A stretch of 64,000 nt of DNA from Spironucleus salmonicida (lineage: Eukaryota): the NCBI RefSeq assembly GCF_000497125.1, contig NC_090596.1:1860001-1924000 (forward strand). The letters are read 5' to 3'. The first letter of the stretch is position 1; each line of letters begins with the position of its first letter. Position numbers and translations under genes: made by a program. Of this stretch, positions 28,586-41,600 are shown one piece after another. Under the pieces are notes generated by a model that ran no database searches, had not been told where the DNA came from, and was given only the letters and a program-made list of their open reading frames with translations.

Positions 28586-29662
28586 TCACTTAACTTGCTT
28601 ATCAAAGTTTATAAAGATCATTGGGTCTGGTTAAATAATTATATATAAAAAACTATATTTGAATTAGCCTCTCTTCGAATAGTCGTTTCCAAAATAATCA
28701 ATTGATCTATTATACAATTCAATAAACTATTTCTATTCGAATTCTTAACTTGTTATCCTTCCAATATCCTTAAAGATATCTTTTATATGTTCTTCCTTGA
28801 GACCGTTCATTAACAAGAAAGTTGTAAACAACTATCTAAAAGGTCCATACAATTTCTTAATAGAATGCAAACATGAAATGGTCCCCCAAATTCCAAGATA
28901 TATTCTTTAAATAATTAGTTTATAGAAATCAGATTCAGTTGTAGTTTGAAATACTGAACTTCCACTCATGTCATCTAATAATAAAACTATTTTTATATTC
29001 GTATCTAATATTTATTATAACGCAATCCAATTTATTCATACAGCAACTACGTATACTAATCAACATCATCACCTAAGCAATCTTTCTATAAAACTAAACA
29101 TTCTTAATACTATTGCTTTAGCCACTCGAATTGTGAAAGTATGTTTTTGAAAACTTGGAAGAATAGTTTTTGATCTCCATTTTTTAATTTCTTTATCTTT
29201 TAAAGTAGTTCGTATCTAATCTTATGTTATCAATGATAGATTTATAATGGTTTTCATTTTCTATAATTCTTGACATAACATTAATAACTTTTATTTTGAA
29301 GTCATTCCATTCGAATCAACAAATGGTATATTAAGTATATTGTCTTTGGTTTTTGATTTTTAATAAGTTTAATCACAATCGATAGTTGGACTTAAGAAGA
29401 ATGTATGAGTTATAGCTCTATTATTTAAATGAGGGTCATCTAAATTATACTTTGATAGCTTACTTTAATCTAATACGCTTAATTTATTTTATTCATTGAA
29501 TACGTTTTGACTGTTCCTGCTGAACCCATAAGTCCAAAATAACAATAACCATAGCTCATTATTTCAATTTAGACCTCCTGGGATCCGGACGGTTGCGTCA
29601 GAGTATTTTTTTTGTTTTTATATCAAAAATTGAATTTCGTCTTATTGTATATTGTACTCCAT
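28586..29662 (-). pseudogene. Degraded A32-like (FtsK/HerA-clade) viral DNA-packaging ATPase of Polinton/virophage type
   Basis: Code-6 minus strand: GLMGSAGTVKTYS (decayed Walker A), HTFFLSPTIDCDQTY, KIVLLLDDMSG (Walker B), FYKLIIQRIYLGIWGTISCLHS, FIELYN...KYSFLYI...FINFDKQVK-TGA. The 5' half has frameshifts and an in-frame TGA. Confidence 0.68.
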
Positions 29663-29707
29663 ATATTTAATTGAAGCAAAAATAATAATAAATTAAATGA
29701 ATGAATG

Positions 29708-30520
29708 TCACCTTAGCAAAAACCTACAAAAGATATAAACTGATTCTTGTTAAACTTCTGCTTGTGATGCAACTCTTATACTATCAGTTTAGTTTAAAAT
29801 ATTAAATGATAATTAATTAGTTCTGTTAGTCATATCTTTCCAAACAAATATATATGGATTCAAAGGCTACAGCATTAAACTTTTATATATTAAGATACTA
29901 ATGGTTTCATCACATTAATTTGCCTTTATATAAACTGTATTTAAGTATCTAAAGAACTTAGCTGAATTAAGTTCACTTGTAAGATCTCTTTTAATAATTA
30001 ATATTTCTTTTGTTATTTCTAAATCTATCTTTGGTTAATAGCTGAAACATGCATTCAAATTTAAATTTTTACTGTTGGATCAGTAGTATACTCATCGAAT
30101 GGTAATTTAAACTAATCATAAAACATCTTATATTCAACTTCAGGAAGGATGTGATATTAATTATTGATACGATTATGTGAATCTTAATAAACCAATTTAA
30201 AATGTTTATCGTTTATTATTTGCAATGGTACTTTATCATTTCTAAAAGCTGTTAAAATTTTATAATGAGTAATATTTATATAGTATGTCAATATTGAACT
30301 TTATAAATTACATTACTTTTAAAAGATGAATGTTTCAAATATATTATCATTACCAGGGTTTAGTTACGATTGACCATGGTCCTCTTAGGGATCAGTAGCC
30401 CAATGGGATGTTACTGTCCTTTGTTTTGCCTCCGCTAGCAATAATCCCTTTTAATTGATCCTAACTAATAACCTCCTGTTAATTATGTTTTGAAAAAAAT
30501 AGGGGCCTGTTGCCAAAAGC
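29708..30520 (-). pseudogene. Degraded ORF directly upstream of the packaging ATPase; possible minor capsid (penton)-like C-terminus
   Basis: C-terminal part reads YLNTVYIKANQCDETISILIYKSLMLQPLNPYIFVWKDMTNRTNQLSFNILNQTDSIRV...VYIFCRFLLR-TGA and stops about 45 nt before the ATPase ATG. The identity is a weak pattern impression plus context. Confidence 0.25.
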
Positions 30521-31899
30521 TGACCTAGCATTATCTAGTATATCCTTTCTCTGCTTTGGAATATCCGTGATAGTGTAGGATATACTATTATTTTACTAGA
30601 TAGGAGTTAGCAGAGCGAATCAGAGTAACAATACTAAAAGCAAGTGAAATTATTTGTGCAAGATGTATCAGTAGGTGCTCAGGATGTGAGATTCGCCAAA
30701 AATATAACCAGAGCTTGCTAAATATATTATTTGTGTAGCATTATATTGCTCTATGTATTTGAAAGGATTGATCCTGATATCTTGGGCTGCTAGAGCACTT
30801 ATTTTACTAAGTATGTATTTTATAACTATGCAGATATATAATATATTAGCAAGGCGCACAGTAGGTAATTAGTTGTATACAGAAACTAAACACAAAATAG
30901 ATTTAAAAGCTTACCCATAATTAGTATATTTCGATGCAGTTGGTAATAATTACAATACTAGTTTATATAAAGATCGTTTACTCAGTATTAGACATGATCT
31001 GCTTGATGTATTTAACTTAACTAATCCTGCACAGTATCAAATTTATCCCTATCACTATGCATTAAATTGTTGCTAATGCATTCCATAGGATACAATGTTC
31101 TGGTTTTGAGTCGAAAATATGCTATGAATTATAAGAATATCAAATATTTAGAACTAATTAGTTTTAACCTGAATTTTTGATATAAAATAATGCTAAATGT
31201 TTACAATATATATTAAATACTAATATAGTATAATCAGTAAACAAAACTTATACTAGTAAATATAAATATAACTAAATCTGCTCATATGCATACTTTGAGT
31301 TTCCCTATATAATAACACTAGCTATGCATATTTTTATAAAATATCATATAATATAATTTTAATTATCAGAGCAGTAATTTTAAAGTCTTAAATGTCGCAG
31401 CCTCTCATCGATAGCGGAAGCGCTTTAAAAATCGAGATTTCATATTTTATTATACATTAAATTTAACTAAAATGCTATTCCTTCAAAATGCGTTCAATAA
31501 GTTACCCAGACAATTCACAAGCGCCATTTGGCTAATGCTATCCACTACATATCGAATGTACCTATCATACCTCCATTTATCACTATTTCATCATTCCTGA
31601 TACCGCCAAGAGTAAATGCAAAGCACCCTGCAAACCGATCCTCAGAAGTTTGAAAACAGCATCGTCAAGATGTCCCAAAGCGGTACGGTTTTAATTCTGC
31701 AAAATACGCCGATTGCACCGATTTAAAGTTGATAAATTCGTGAAATTTCAGCGGAAATTTGGTCGATAACTGCATGGAATCTCGAGAGCGCGAGAGCGAA
31801 GTATACACTGAAGGGAATTTATTAGGGACGAAGTTGCATGAGCTGCACGAAATCTAGAGATTTGGGAGCGAAGAGGGCCAGCGAAAATGTGACTATCAG

Positions 31900-33120
31900 G
31901 GTGACGAGATGGCGCTAGCTGGTGGTCAGGACCCAGCGAGGTGGCAATATCATAATTTATTAAGAATAGGACTGACCTTATGCTAGCTTAGGACCTCCAC
32001 ATTTTGGTGCTACGAGCCTGAGTCGATGCTGTTGGCATAGTGAATAATGGCTTAAGCGTAAGATTTGGCATAGGTGGCTGCTACTGAAGTGGGTACCACT
32101 AGTACGGTACCCCAAGTAGTTCCATAGACAGCACCAAGGCAGGCATGAGTGGTACTGCATAGTGCTCGATGACAATACAATACTATAGTATATATAGTAA
32201 TATCTTAAATGGAGTTTAGTAGTATATATGCATTGGGAGTGGTGCTTGTAAGGATATTTAGTATATTACTATTGTATTTATAGTATATAGCACTACCCTT
32301 ACTAATATATATTCACTTATGAGCCCAGGTACACAGTACACTAATAAGGCTATTCTCACTAGTAATGCAAGCAAGGCTATGCCGAAGACCGTTTGCATTT
32401 TATCTTTAATACCTGCCTGCTACCGAACTGGGCACCACCAGTACGGTACCCGTAGTAGTTCCATAGATAGCACCAAGGCAGGCGTGAGTGGTACTGGGAT
32501 AGTGCTTGATGACAATACAATACTATAGTATATATAGTAATATCTTAAATGGAGTTTAATAGTATATATGCATTGGGAGTGGTGCTTGTAAGGATATTTA
32601 GTATATTACTATTGTATTTATATAATATACTACTATGCTTACTAATATATATTCACTTATGAGCCCAGGTACAAGGTACACTAGGAAGGCTATTCTCACT
32701 AGTAATACAAGCACAGGCTATGCCGAAGACTGTTTGCATTCTATCTTTAATACCCGGATGATGCATAATCTATCAAACATGGTACTCTGCAGTCTCACCC
32801 GGTATGTTTATTAAGACCGAAGCATAGGGATGGATGAATGTTAGATGGTAACGACGACTCGCAGGATGAGTTTTACTGAAGAGAAGCGACGTCAGCAGAA
32901 GATGATACTTATTGCATCTAGTAACGATAGGGATGCGTGGGATCATGCATAGCGGATGAGCTAATGTATTTTTAGGAAACTCCTATATTTACTAATAATG
33001 CGTGATAGTTAAGTAGTATTGTATATTGTTAATTCCTTACTAGCGCTCAAATACAGATAGAAAAACTACATTAGTTTATTTTATACTTTTTGTTTCGTAA
33101 AACACTTAACATTCATTAAT
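31900..33120. repeat. Duplicated upstream block (copy 2) before paralog C, with an internal ~340-bp tandem duplication (~32078-32413 / 32414-32754)
   Basis: Matches 7366-8245. The segment CTGCTAC(T/C)GAA...TATCTTTAATACC occurs twice in tandem here and once in copy 1. Confidence 0.92.
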
Positions 33121-33227
33121 CATACTATTTATTAATATATAATAAAAATACATAAAGTTTTCAAAGGATAGCAAAGTATTTTATATAATAATACCCTATT
33201 TTACATCTTACCTCTTTAACTCCTTAA

Positions 33228-36200
33228 ATGTCATCAGGTTTATCTATTGAGTTTAAAGCTCTTCCATATTCAGTTGACTAGGGTTATAATGTAATAATTA
33301 ATAAAAAGATTAAAAAGCTTAAATTTACTATAAGAGATAACGAAATTAGTTAATCTATCTAACTTGATAGTCAATAGTAATATATTCTGCGCGCCAATAT
33401 TAGTACTAAAGAACAACTTTGTGCTGTATAAATAGTGCTACTATACAAAAAGTTAAAAAAAATTATACCAAACTGTGCTATATAGCTAGTATAAAAACAC
33501 GAACTTTTTGTTTATGACGATCTTTACTTCTGGAATAATATTGGAATTGTAGCTGCCCAAATGGGACTTAAGACCAAATCAATTAAGATATATAAAGACC
33601 ATAAAGGGGAAAATTAAACACCAGATTTAGATCTTTATCTAGCAGAGATCAATTAGTACGATTTACAGTATATTTCATTTTATGATAGCTTCGACACATT
33701 GACGATTCTATAACCAGAAGGTATAAACAAGTGTGCTTTCCATGAAAATTTAATACTGATCTAGTTAGCTGCAATCTAATACCAGCATACAGAAAAGTAC
33801 CCGTTAATATTGCCATTAGTTTTTGGATTTTCTGCATATCAGTTATATACTGACAGATTTGTTCAAATTTTTTAGAAAGCTGAAGTTGCATCAGCATAGG
33901 ATCTTAAGCATTCTATTTTAAGAAAAATATTCGAATTGTCCAATATTGTTTATAACGAACAAGTATTACCAGATAAATTTAAAGTTATGAATCTGTTCCA
34001 ACTACCTATCCACTTTATCGGGACCGGGATCTGCCTGTTCATGTTCCAGCAGCTCTGCCACGTGTCCTACCTCTTCAAGGCGGAGTATTTTGCACTATTC
34101 TCGTTGGTTAACAATGATTTTTACGAAACTCTTACGAATGCTGTCATAAGCCAGAGTTCCAGGTCTGGGAAAAGCGTAGCTCTCTACACGCAGTACTTTT
34201 TCCACCTCCTGAAGGGAAATGTTCCAATTTTGCTCAATAAGAAAGGATCTGATGACTAACCTCTATATAAGTACAGGACACACTCATTTCACGAGCAACT
34301 AGTTGATCAGTATAAAGATATATTCGAGTTACAGAATTTAAAAAATTACAAAGAAAAAGTACTTGCTGATGTTTGTAAATTCCATACCTTTCAGTTGGAA
34401 AGCTTAGACTAGATGTCTTTTATTTACTAGACTATGATTATATTTATTAACAAAATTGAGGGCAACTTGTAATTAGTTCAAAAGCTAAAATACGATAATT
34501 CTATATAGTTGCAATTCGATTAACTAAAACTAGCTTCGTTTTTCATTATAGATACTGCAAATATTATAAATGATATAGACTAAGTATTTCTTGAATAATA
34601 AAAGCGAAATAATATATAATTGAAACACCCTATCATTTTGGTAGATGAGTGCTTGCAGTCATAGAAGAAGAAGTTTTCGAAATGTGTTAAATTGTGTCAG
34701 TCGTTGTTCAAATATTACGAAGAGAAGCTGATAAAGTTAGGTAAAGATTAGTATCTAGAGATACAAAGCACATTGGATAATGCAAAATTTTGGTAGATAG
34801 GTAGATTAGGAAATATCAGAAATACCAAATATCATTTAGCTATCAATGTTATTTAACAGCTTCTGAACACTGACTCACTTTTAGCTGTAAAAAGGAAACT
34901 GGATCGAATTAGTGGGAAGCTAAAATATGAATACTAGGATATTAGCTTGTACCAAACTGTTGAAAACATTATAACCAGTGTTTAATCACAAACTGCAGAT
35001 TAGAGATTCGATACTATACACGCCAACTAAGAAATTATAGTGGAATATTTTAAATCTCTTAATAACATACTAGGAAAATCAGAGTATATTCTCATAGCGA
35101 TGGAGCACCTTCACCTCGAGATTGATGATTACGACCTTCTCGACGAGCTAGTCGTTCACTCACCGCAGATCCTGAATACTGGGAACAGAACAGATTTTAG
35201 AAAGATATTATTTTCGGGAATGTCGTCTTACAGGAATCGAGGACAGTACTACGAAGATTTTGAAGTGGATTTCTACAAATTGATCCTATCGTTGTTCAAC
35301 CCCAGAGGGGTCGAAACATCATTTTGGAAAGCATTTTCAATTATTGCATTTAAGAAAATTGAACATAGCTAAGTGGATGACAAGTTATCTAAGGATAAAA
35401 AAGAAGAAAAAACTAGTAGAGAGAATGCTTTCCCTATAAGTTAGCAGGGCATGCTAAAATAATATTGGTCTTCTTCAGTCCAGTCTTTAATATGTAAATA
35501 TTTTATGAATACAAATACAGAGGATTTACATTAAGATCTATAACAGATGATTCTAAAACTGCCAAAAATGTCGGAATAATACAGTACTAAATACGAAATG
35601 CCTAATTTTGACTATTTTACTGTTATAATGGCTGGAACAGATCTTGCCATCATCAATTGCCTTACTCTCAATTAATTTTGCTACAATACCATGTTAAGTA
35701 GAGGTTGGTTGCACTATATTAATACTTAAATGTTAGGATATGTTCAGCCTCACGCGTCATTGCTGTCTAGCTTGCAGTACGAACAGCGTCGGATGGTAGT
35801 GGATGACAAAAGTTATAAGGATTCTATTAATAATGTAGAATAATCAGTCAAGACATTTGCTAAAGACACCCCAATTTTGGTATCACTACTGTACTCGATG
35901 ATGACGGAGAAGTCGGTTGAGATGCAGTTCATGTGCTCATCGGTATGCCCGTCTATATGGTTTCAGTATAAGTAAAAAATATTAAATTTCAATGCAACCA
36001 GCAGTCATGTAGTCAGTTTTTGTGTAGAAGGTAAAAAGTAAATTCCAGAGCAAACTATGTATCAGTTTGATAGCCTCACCTAAACCTATAACAATATTAT
36101 CATACACAAAGGTGCTGAGAATGACGCTAAATTTAAGCTCACAAAAGGAGATGCTCATTTTGAATTACTACAAGATAATCAAAATTATAATATCAGCTGC

Positions 36201-38561
36201 ATTGCATCGTCGACTCTGAACTACGAGGTGGTATCCGTTTTGAACTATCAGCTCATGCTTACATTCATAGAGTAATATTCAACCTCAGAGATAAGTGTAG
36301 CATATGCTTAAGATACGCTATAACAAATGTCTAAATTATTCTAGAGAAGCGTATTGATGGAGTTCATGCAGGTTATCCTGTTCATGGCGAAGCTCACATG
36401 GCAGTCGGAAATCCTAATTAAGAACATTTCTCTGATTATGAGGTACGTGGACACTGGGCATATCTACGTCTAATACGTGCATGGTGGAAGTATTACTGCA
36501 GCGAAAAGCGAGGATGTTTTTAATTTGCTGGAAAGAACGTCCGTGCCGCATAAGTTTATGTTCCTAAACCCCACCTTTGACTATGCGTTCTAAAATTTTA
36601 ATAAAGACCCAACTATTTCTATATATGAATAGGTACTGGATGATTCGGTAGCAGCTGCGAACGAAACTTTTCAGTTGCTGCGTTATAGATCACCCGCCTA
36701 GACAGAAAGTACTAACAAAGAGGACGAATCCTCCATCAAAGAAGCCATTGTGGAGTAGGATGGTGGAACTCAGGATGATGTTAGCAGCACAACCTAGATT
36801 GAAAGTACCACCAAAAAAGGGAATCCTCCACCACAGAAGTCAATATGGAGTAGAATATAGGATCGTACTAAGATGTTGTTAATGCAGGTATATACGATAA
36901 AAACTATATCGCAGGAGAATCAGTGCAAGGCATAGGAAAACTTAAAATACTAAGAAACATGCCCTATGCTAATTATCGTGATCCCTTTCAACAAGAAGAT
37001 GTGCTTTACGGATAGTTTGGACAAAGCAAGGCACAAAATATTTGACTTCATCGTCACGTTCCACGGGTACCCTGACCTCGGTTTAGAGAAAATAGATGGC
37101 TGCCAAGTGCTTCCGATAGAGTGCGGTCACCATGTCCCCGAAGTGTTGGCCGAAAAGGTTAAAGCGTTCACGCTTAATAATGTATTGCAGATTGGACTTG
37201 ATAAGAAAGGAGCACACCTGATATTAGACGTTAACTATAAATCTTAAAATTGGTAATATAATTTGTAAAAAGCTGAAGATTTAGTAAAGCTGCAGTAATA
37301 AACGGAAAAAGACAAAAATGTCAAACATGCTGAAATTTTACAATCAGAAAAATAAAAGATTGTAAAACACTCATTTTATAAAATAAGTTGCCGCTAAGAT
37401 TGCTATACCGAAAGTTTTATTGAATTTTTAAAAATCAATATTCCATTCAATGTGTTTTAAGATTATGGATCTAATTTTATTTAAATAAAACAAGAGTTAG
37501 ACTAGACTGCTAAAGATAAATTAGATACAATGGAATAATTTTAGAAATGCATTAATTTTGATATTTAATTCTAACCATAAGGCATAACTTAATTTGAATT
37601 GGGTAGTACTACAATGAAAGCATAAACGAATGATAAATAGATTCGGCTGTCAGTTTTATTCATATAAGATAAATAAAGAATTATCTATCAATTAAGCCAG
37701 TTATATCATATGCTAGGCTTTAACATATGCAATGACGAAATTATTAGTGTATTTTTCACTGTCAGTGTTGATATATACAAATTTTTAGAGAAATTGTAGC
37801 TTCGTCTCGTATTTGCATAAGGTGAAAATGATTATCAGTATTTATATGTAGAAAACAATCCTGACACGATACAATAGAAAGAAGAAGTATTGAGTGCATA
37901 AATTTTGATGGATGCAAACCTAGCAGCTGTGTAAGCCTTAAATAACTAATAGAATTTTTCCGCAGATGCACGTAATCTTGTCATGTATACTGCCATAATT
38001 TTGTCATTCAAAGCAGATGTTAATATTAAGTGTTAGTATTAAGCCAAAAATTTTTAATTTACGATAACTTATAATGATTTACTTGAACAACTGTCCACTT
38101 TTGGTAGTATAATTTATTAATATAAAAATGGTACCTTATTCTTAAAAAATAGCAATATCCATTTGATTTCTATTTTCCGACTTAACTCACCTAGTTTTTA
38201 GAGTTTTTGCGAGGATGATTGGAAATATTTTAGCTTATTAACACAATTTTGCAATTAGTAAGAGAATACGAGGTAGTAGTTATTTTAATAAAAGTTCTAG
38301 ACATACTTTGATTAAATTTCGAAGCTGCTTCAGAAAGTTACCGTCGATAAAGTTGTTTACTTTGGATTTTAATACGAATGTGAATAGATTACTTATGGCA
38401 AGCGTGAACAATTTAGTTAACGTTAATTTTTAAGCCCAAACAAGTTAGACAGTAAATAGTTGCTGAAGTTATTTGTGGAATCGAAAGTAATTATACTTAG
38501 TACCAAAATAAAAGATAACAAGAAGAATAAAGTTTTGGTAAAAATTTATTTTTTTGAGTGA
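33228..38561 (+). CDS. Large P-loop NTPase family protein, paralog C (1,777 aa, code 6)
   Basis: ATG 33228 (MSSGLSIEFKAL...). ORF fragments at 33936, 35040 and 36966 share this frame. Walker A VISQSSRSGKS (34143-34175), Walker B PIILVDEC (~34629-34652). Ends VKIYFFE-TGA. Confidence 0.9.
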
Positions 38562-38641
38562 AGCTTTATAATTTAGTAATTTCCAATTAACATGGCTAGG
38601 TAATGATAGTTGCCTTGATGATACTTAGTTCATAGTTGACT

Positions 38642-38673
38642 ATTTATTCATTTATATATATAAATGAATAAAT
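38642..38673. repeat. Perfect 32-bp palindrome at the left edge of the large satellite
   Basis: ATTTATTCATTTATATATATAAATGAATAAAT equals its own reverse complement. Confidence 0.9.
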
Positions 38674-38679
38674 TATTAT

Positions 38680-41600
38680 AATATAGTAATATAGTAATAT
38701 AGTAATATAGTAATATAGTAATATAGTAATATAGTAATATAGTAATATAGTAATATAGTAATATAGTAATATAGTAATATAGTAATATAGTAATATAGTA
38801 ATATAGTAATATAGTAATATAGTAATATAGTAATATAGTAATATAGTAATATAGTAATATAAATATAGTAATATAGTAATATAGTAATATAGTAATATAG
38901 TAAATATAGTAATATAGTAATATAGTAATATAGTAATATAGTAATATAGTAATATAGTAATATAGTAATATAGTAATATAATATAGTAATATAGTAATAT
39001 AGTAATATAGTAATATAGTAATATAGTAATATAGTAATATAGTAATATAGTAATATAGTAATATAGTAATATATAATATAGTAATATAGTAATATAGTAA
39101 TATAGTAATATAGTAATATAGTAATATAGTAATATAGTAATATAGTAAATAGTAATATAGTAATATAGTAATATAGTAATATAGTAATATAGTAATATAG
39201 TAATATAGTAATATAGTAATATAGTAATATAGTAATATAGTAATATAGTAATAATAATATAGTAATATAGTAATATAGTAATATATAGTAATATAGTAAT
39301 ATATATATAGTAATATAGTAATATAGTAATATAGTAAATATAGTAATATAGTAATATAGTAATATAGTAATATAGTAATATAGTAATATAGTAATATAGT
39401 AATATAGTAATATAGTAATATAGTAATATAGTAATATAGTAATATAGTAATATAGTAATATAGTAATATAGTAATATAGTAATATAGTAATATAGTAATA
39501 TAGTAATATAGTAATATAGTAATATAGTAAAATATAGTAATATAGTAATATAGTAATATAGTAAAATATAAATATAGTAATATAGTAATATAGTAATATA
39601 GTAATATAGTAATATAGTAATATAGTAATATAGTAATATAGTAATATAGTAATATAGTAATATAGTAATATAGTAATATAGTAATATAGTAATATAGTAA
39701 TATAGTAATATAGTAATATAGTAATATAGTAATATAGTAATATAGTAATATAGTAAATATAGTAATATAGTAATATAGTAATATAGTAATATAGTAATAT
39801 AGTAATATAGTAATATAGTAATATAGTAATATAGTAATATAGTAATATAGTAATATAGTAATATAGTAATATAGTAATATAGTAATATAGTAATATAGTA
39901 ATATAGTAATATAGTAATATAGTAATATAGTAATATAAGTAATATAGTAATATAGTAATATAGTAATATAGTAATATAGTAATATAGTAATATAGTAATA
40001 TAGTAATATAGTAATATAGTAATATAGTAATATAAATATAGTAATATAGTAATATAGTAATATAGTAATATAGTAATATAGTAATATAGTAATATAGTAA
40101 TATAGTAATATAGTAATATAGTAATATAGTAATATAGTAATATAGTAATATAGTAATATAGTAATATAGTAATATAGTAATATAGTAATATAGTAATATA
40201 GTAAATATAGTAATATAGTAATATAGTAATATAGTAATATAGTAATATAGTAATATAGTAATATAGTAAATATAGTAATATAGTAATATAGTAATATAGT
40301 AATATAGTAATATAGTAATATAGTAATATAGTAAATATAGTAATATAGTAATATAGTAATATAGTAATATAGTAATATAGTAATAATATAGTAATATAGT
40401 AATATAGATATAGTAATATAGTAATATAGTAAATATAGTAATATAGTAATATAGTAATATAGTAATATAGTAATATAGTAATATAGTAATATAGTAATAT
40501 AGTAATATAGTAATATAGTAATATAGTAATATAGTAATATAGTAATATAGTAATATAGTAATATAGTAATATAGTAATATAGTAAATATAGTAATATAGT
40601 AATATAGTAATATAGTAATATAGTAATATAGTAATATAGTAATATAGTAATATAGTAATATAGTAATATAGTAATATAGTAATATAGTAATATAGTATAT
40701 AGTAATATAGTAATATAGTAATATAGTAATATAGTAATATAGTAATATAGTAATATAGTAATATAGTAATATAGTAATATAGTAATATAGTAATATAGTA
40801 ATATAGTAATATAGTAATATAGTAATATAGTAATATAGTAATATAGTAAATATAGTAATATAGTAATATAGTAATATAGTAATAGTAATATAGTAATATA
40901 GTAAATATAGTAATATAGTAATATAGTAATATAGTAATATAGTAATATAGTAATATAGTAATATAGTAATATAGTAATATAGTAATATAGTAATATAGTA
41001 AATATAGTAATATAGTAATATAGTAATATAGTAATATAGTAATATAGTAATATAGTAATATAGTAATATAGTAATATAGTAATATAGTAATATAGTAATA
41101 TAGTAATATAGTAATATAGTAATATAGTAATATAGTAATATAGTAATATAGTAATATAGTAATATAGTAATATAGTAATATAGTAATATAGTAATATAGT
41201 AATATAGTAATATAGTAATATAGTAATATAGTAATATAGTAATAATAGTAATATAGTAATATAGTAATATAGTAATATAGTAATATAGTAATATAGTAAA
41301 TATAGTAATATAGTAATATAGTAATATAGTAATATAGTAATATAGTAATATAGTAATATAGTAATATAGTAATATAGTAATATAGTAATATAGTAATATA
41401 GTAATATAGTAATATAGTAATATAGTAATATAGTAATATAGTAATATAGTAATATAGTAATATAGTAATATAGTAATATAGTAATATAGTAATATAGTAA
41501 TATAGTAATATAGTAATATAGTAATATAGTAATATAGTAATATAGTAATATAGTAATATAGTAATATAGTAATATAGTAATATAGTAATATAGTAATATA

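Noticed and set aside
8370-38561. Reading paralogs A-C as nonsense-riddled pseudogenes or intron-split genes
   Set aside because: TAA/TAG align with CAA/CAG in paralogs, and frames stay open for over 5 kb without TGA.
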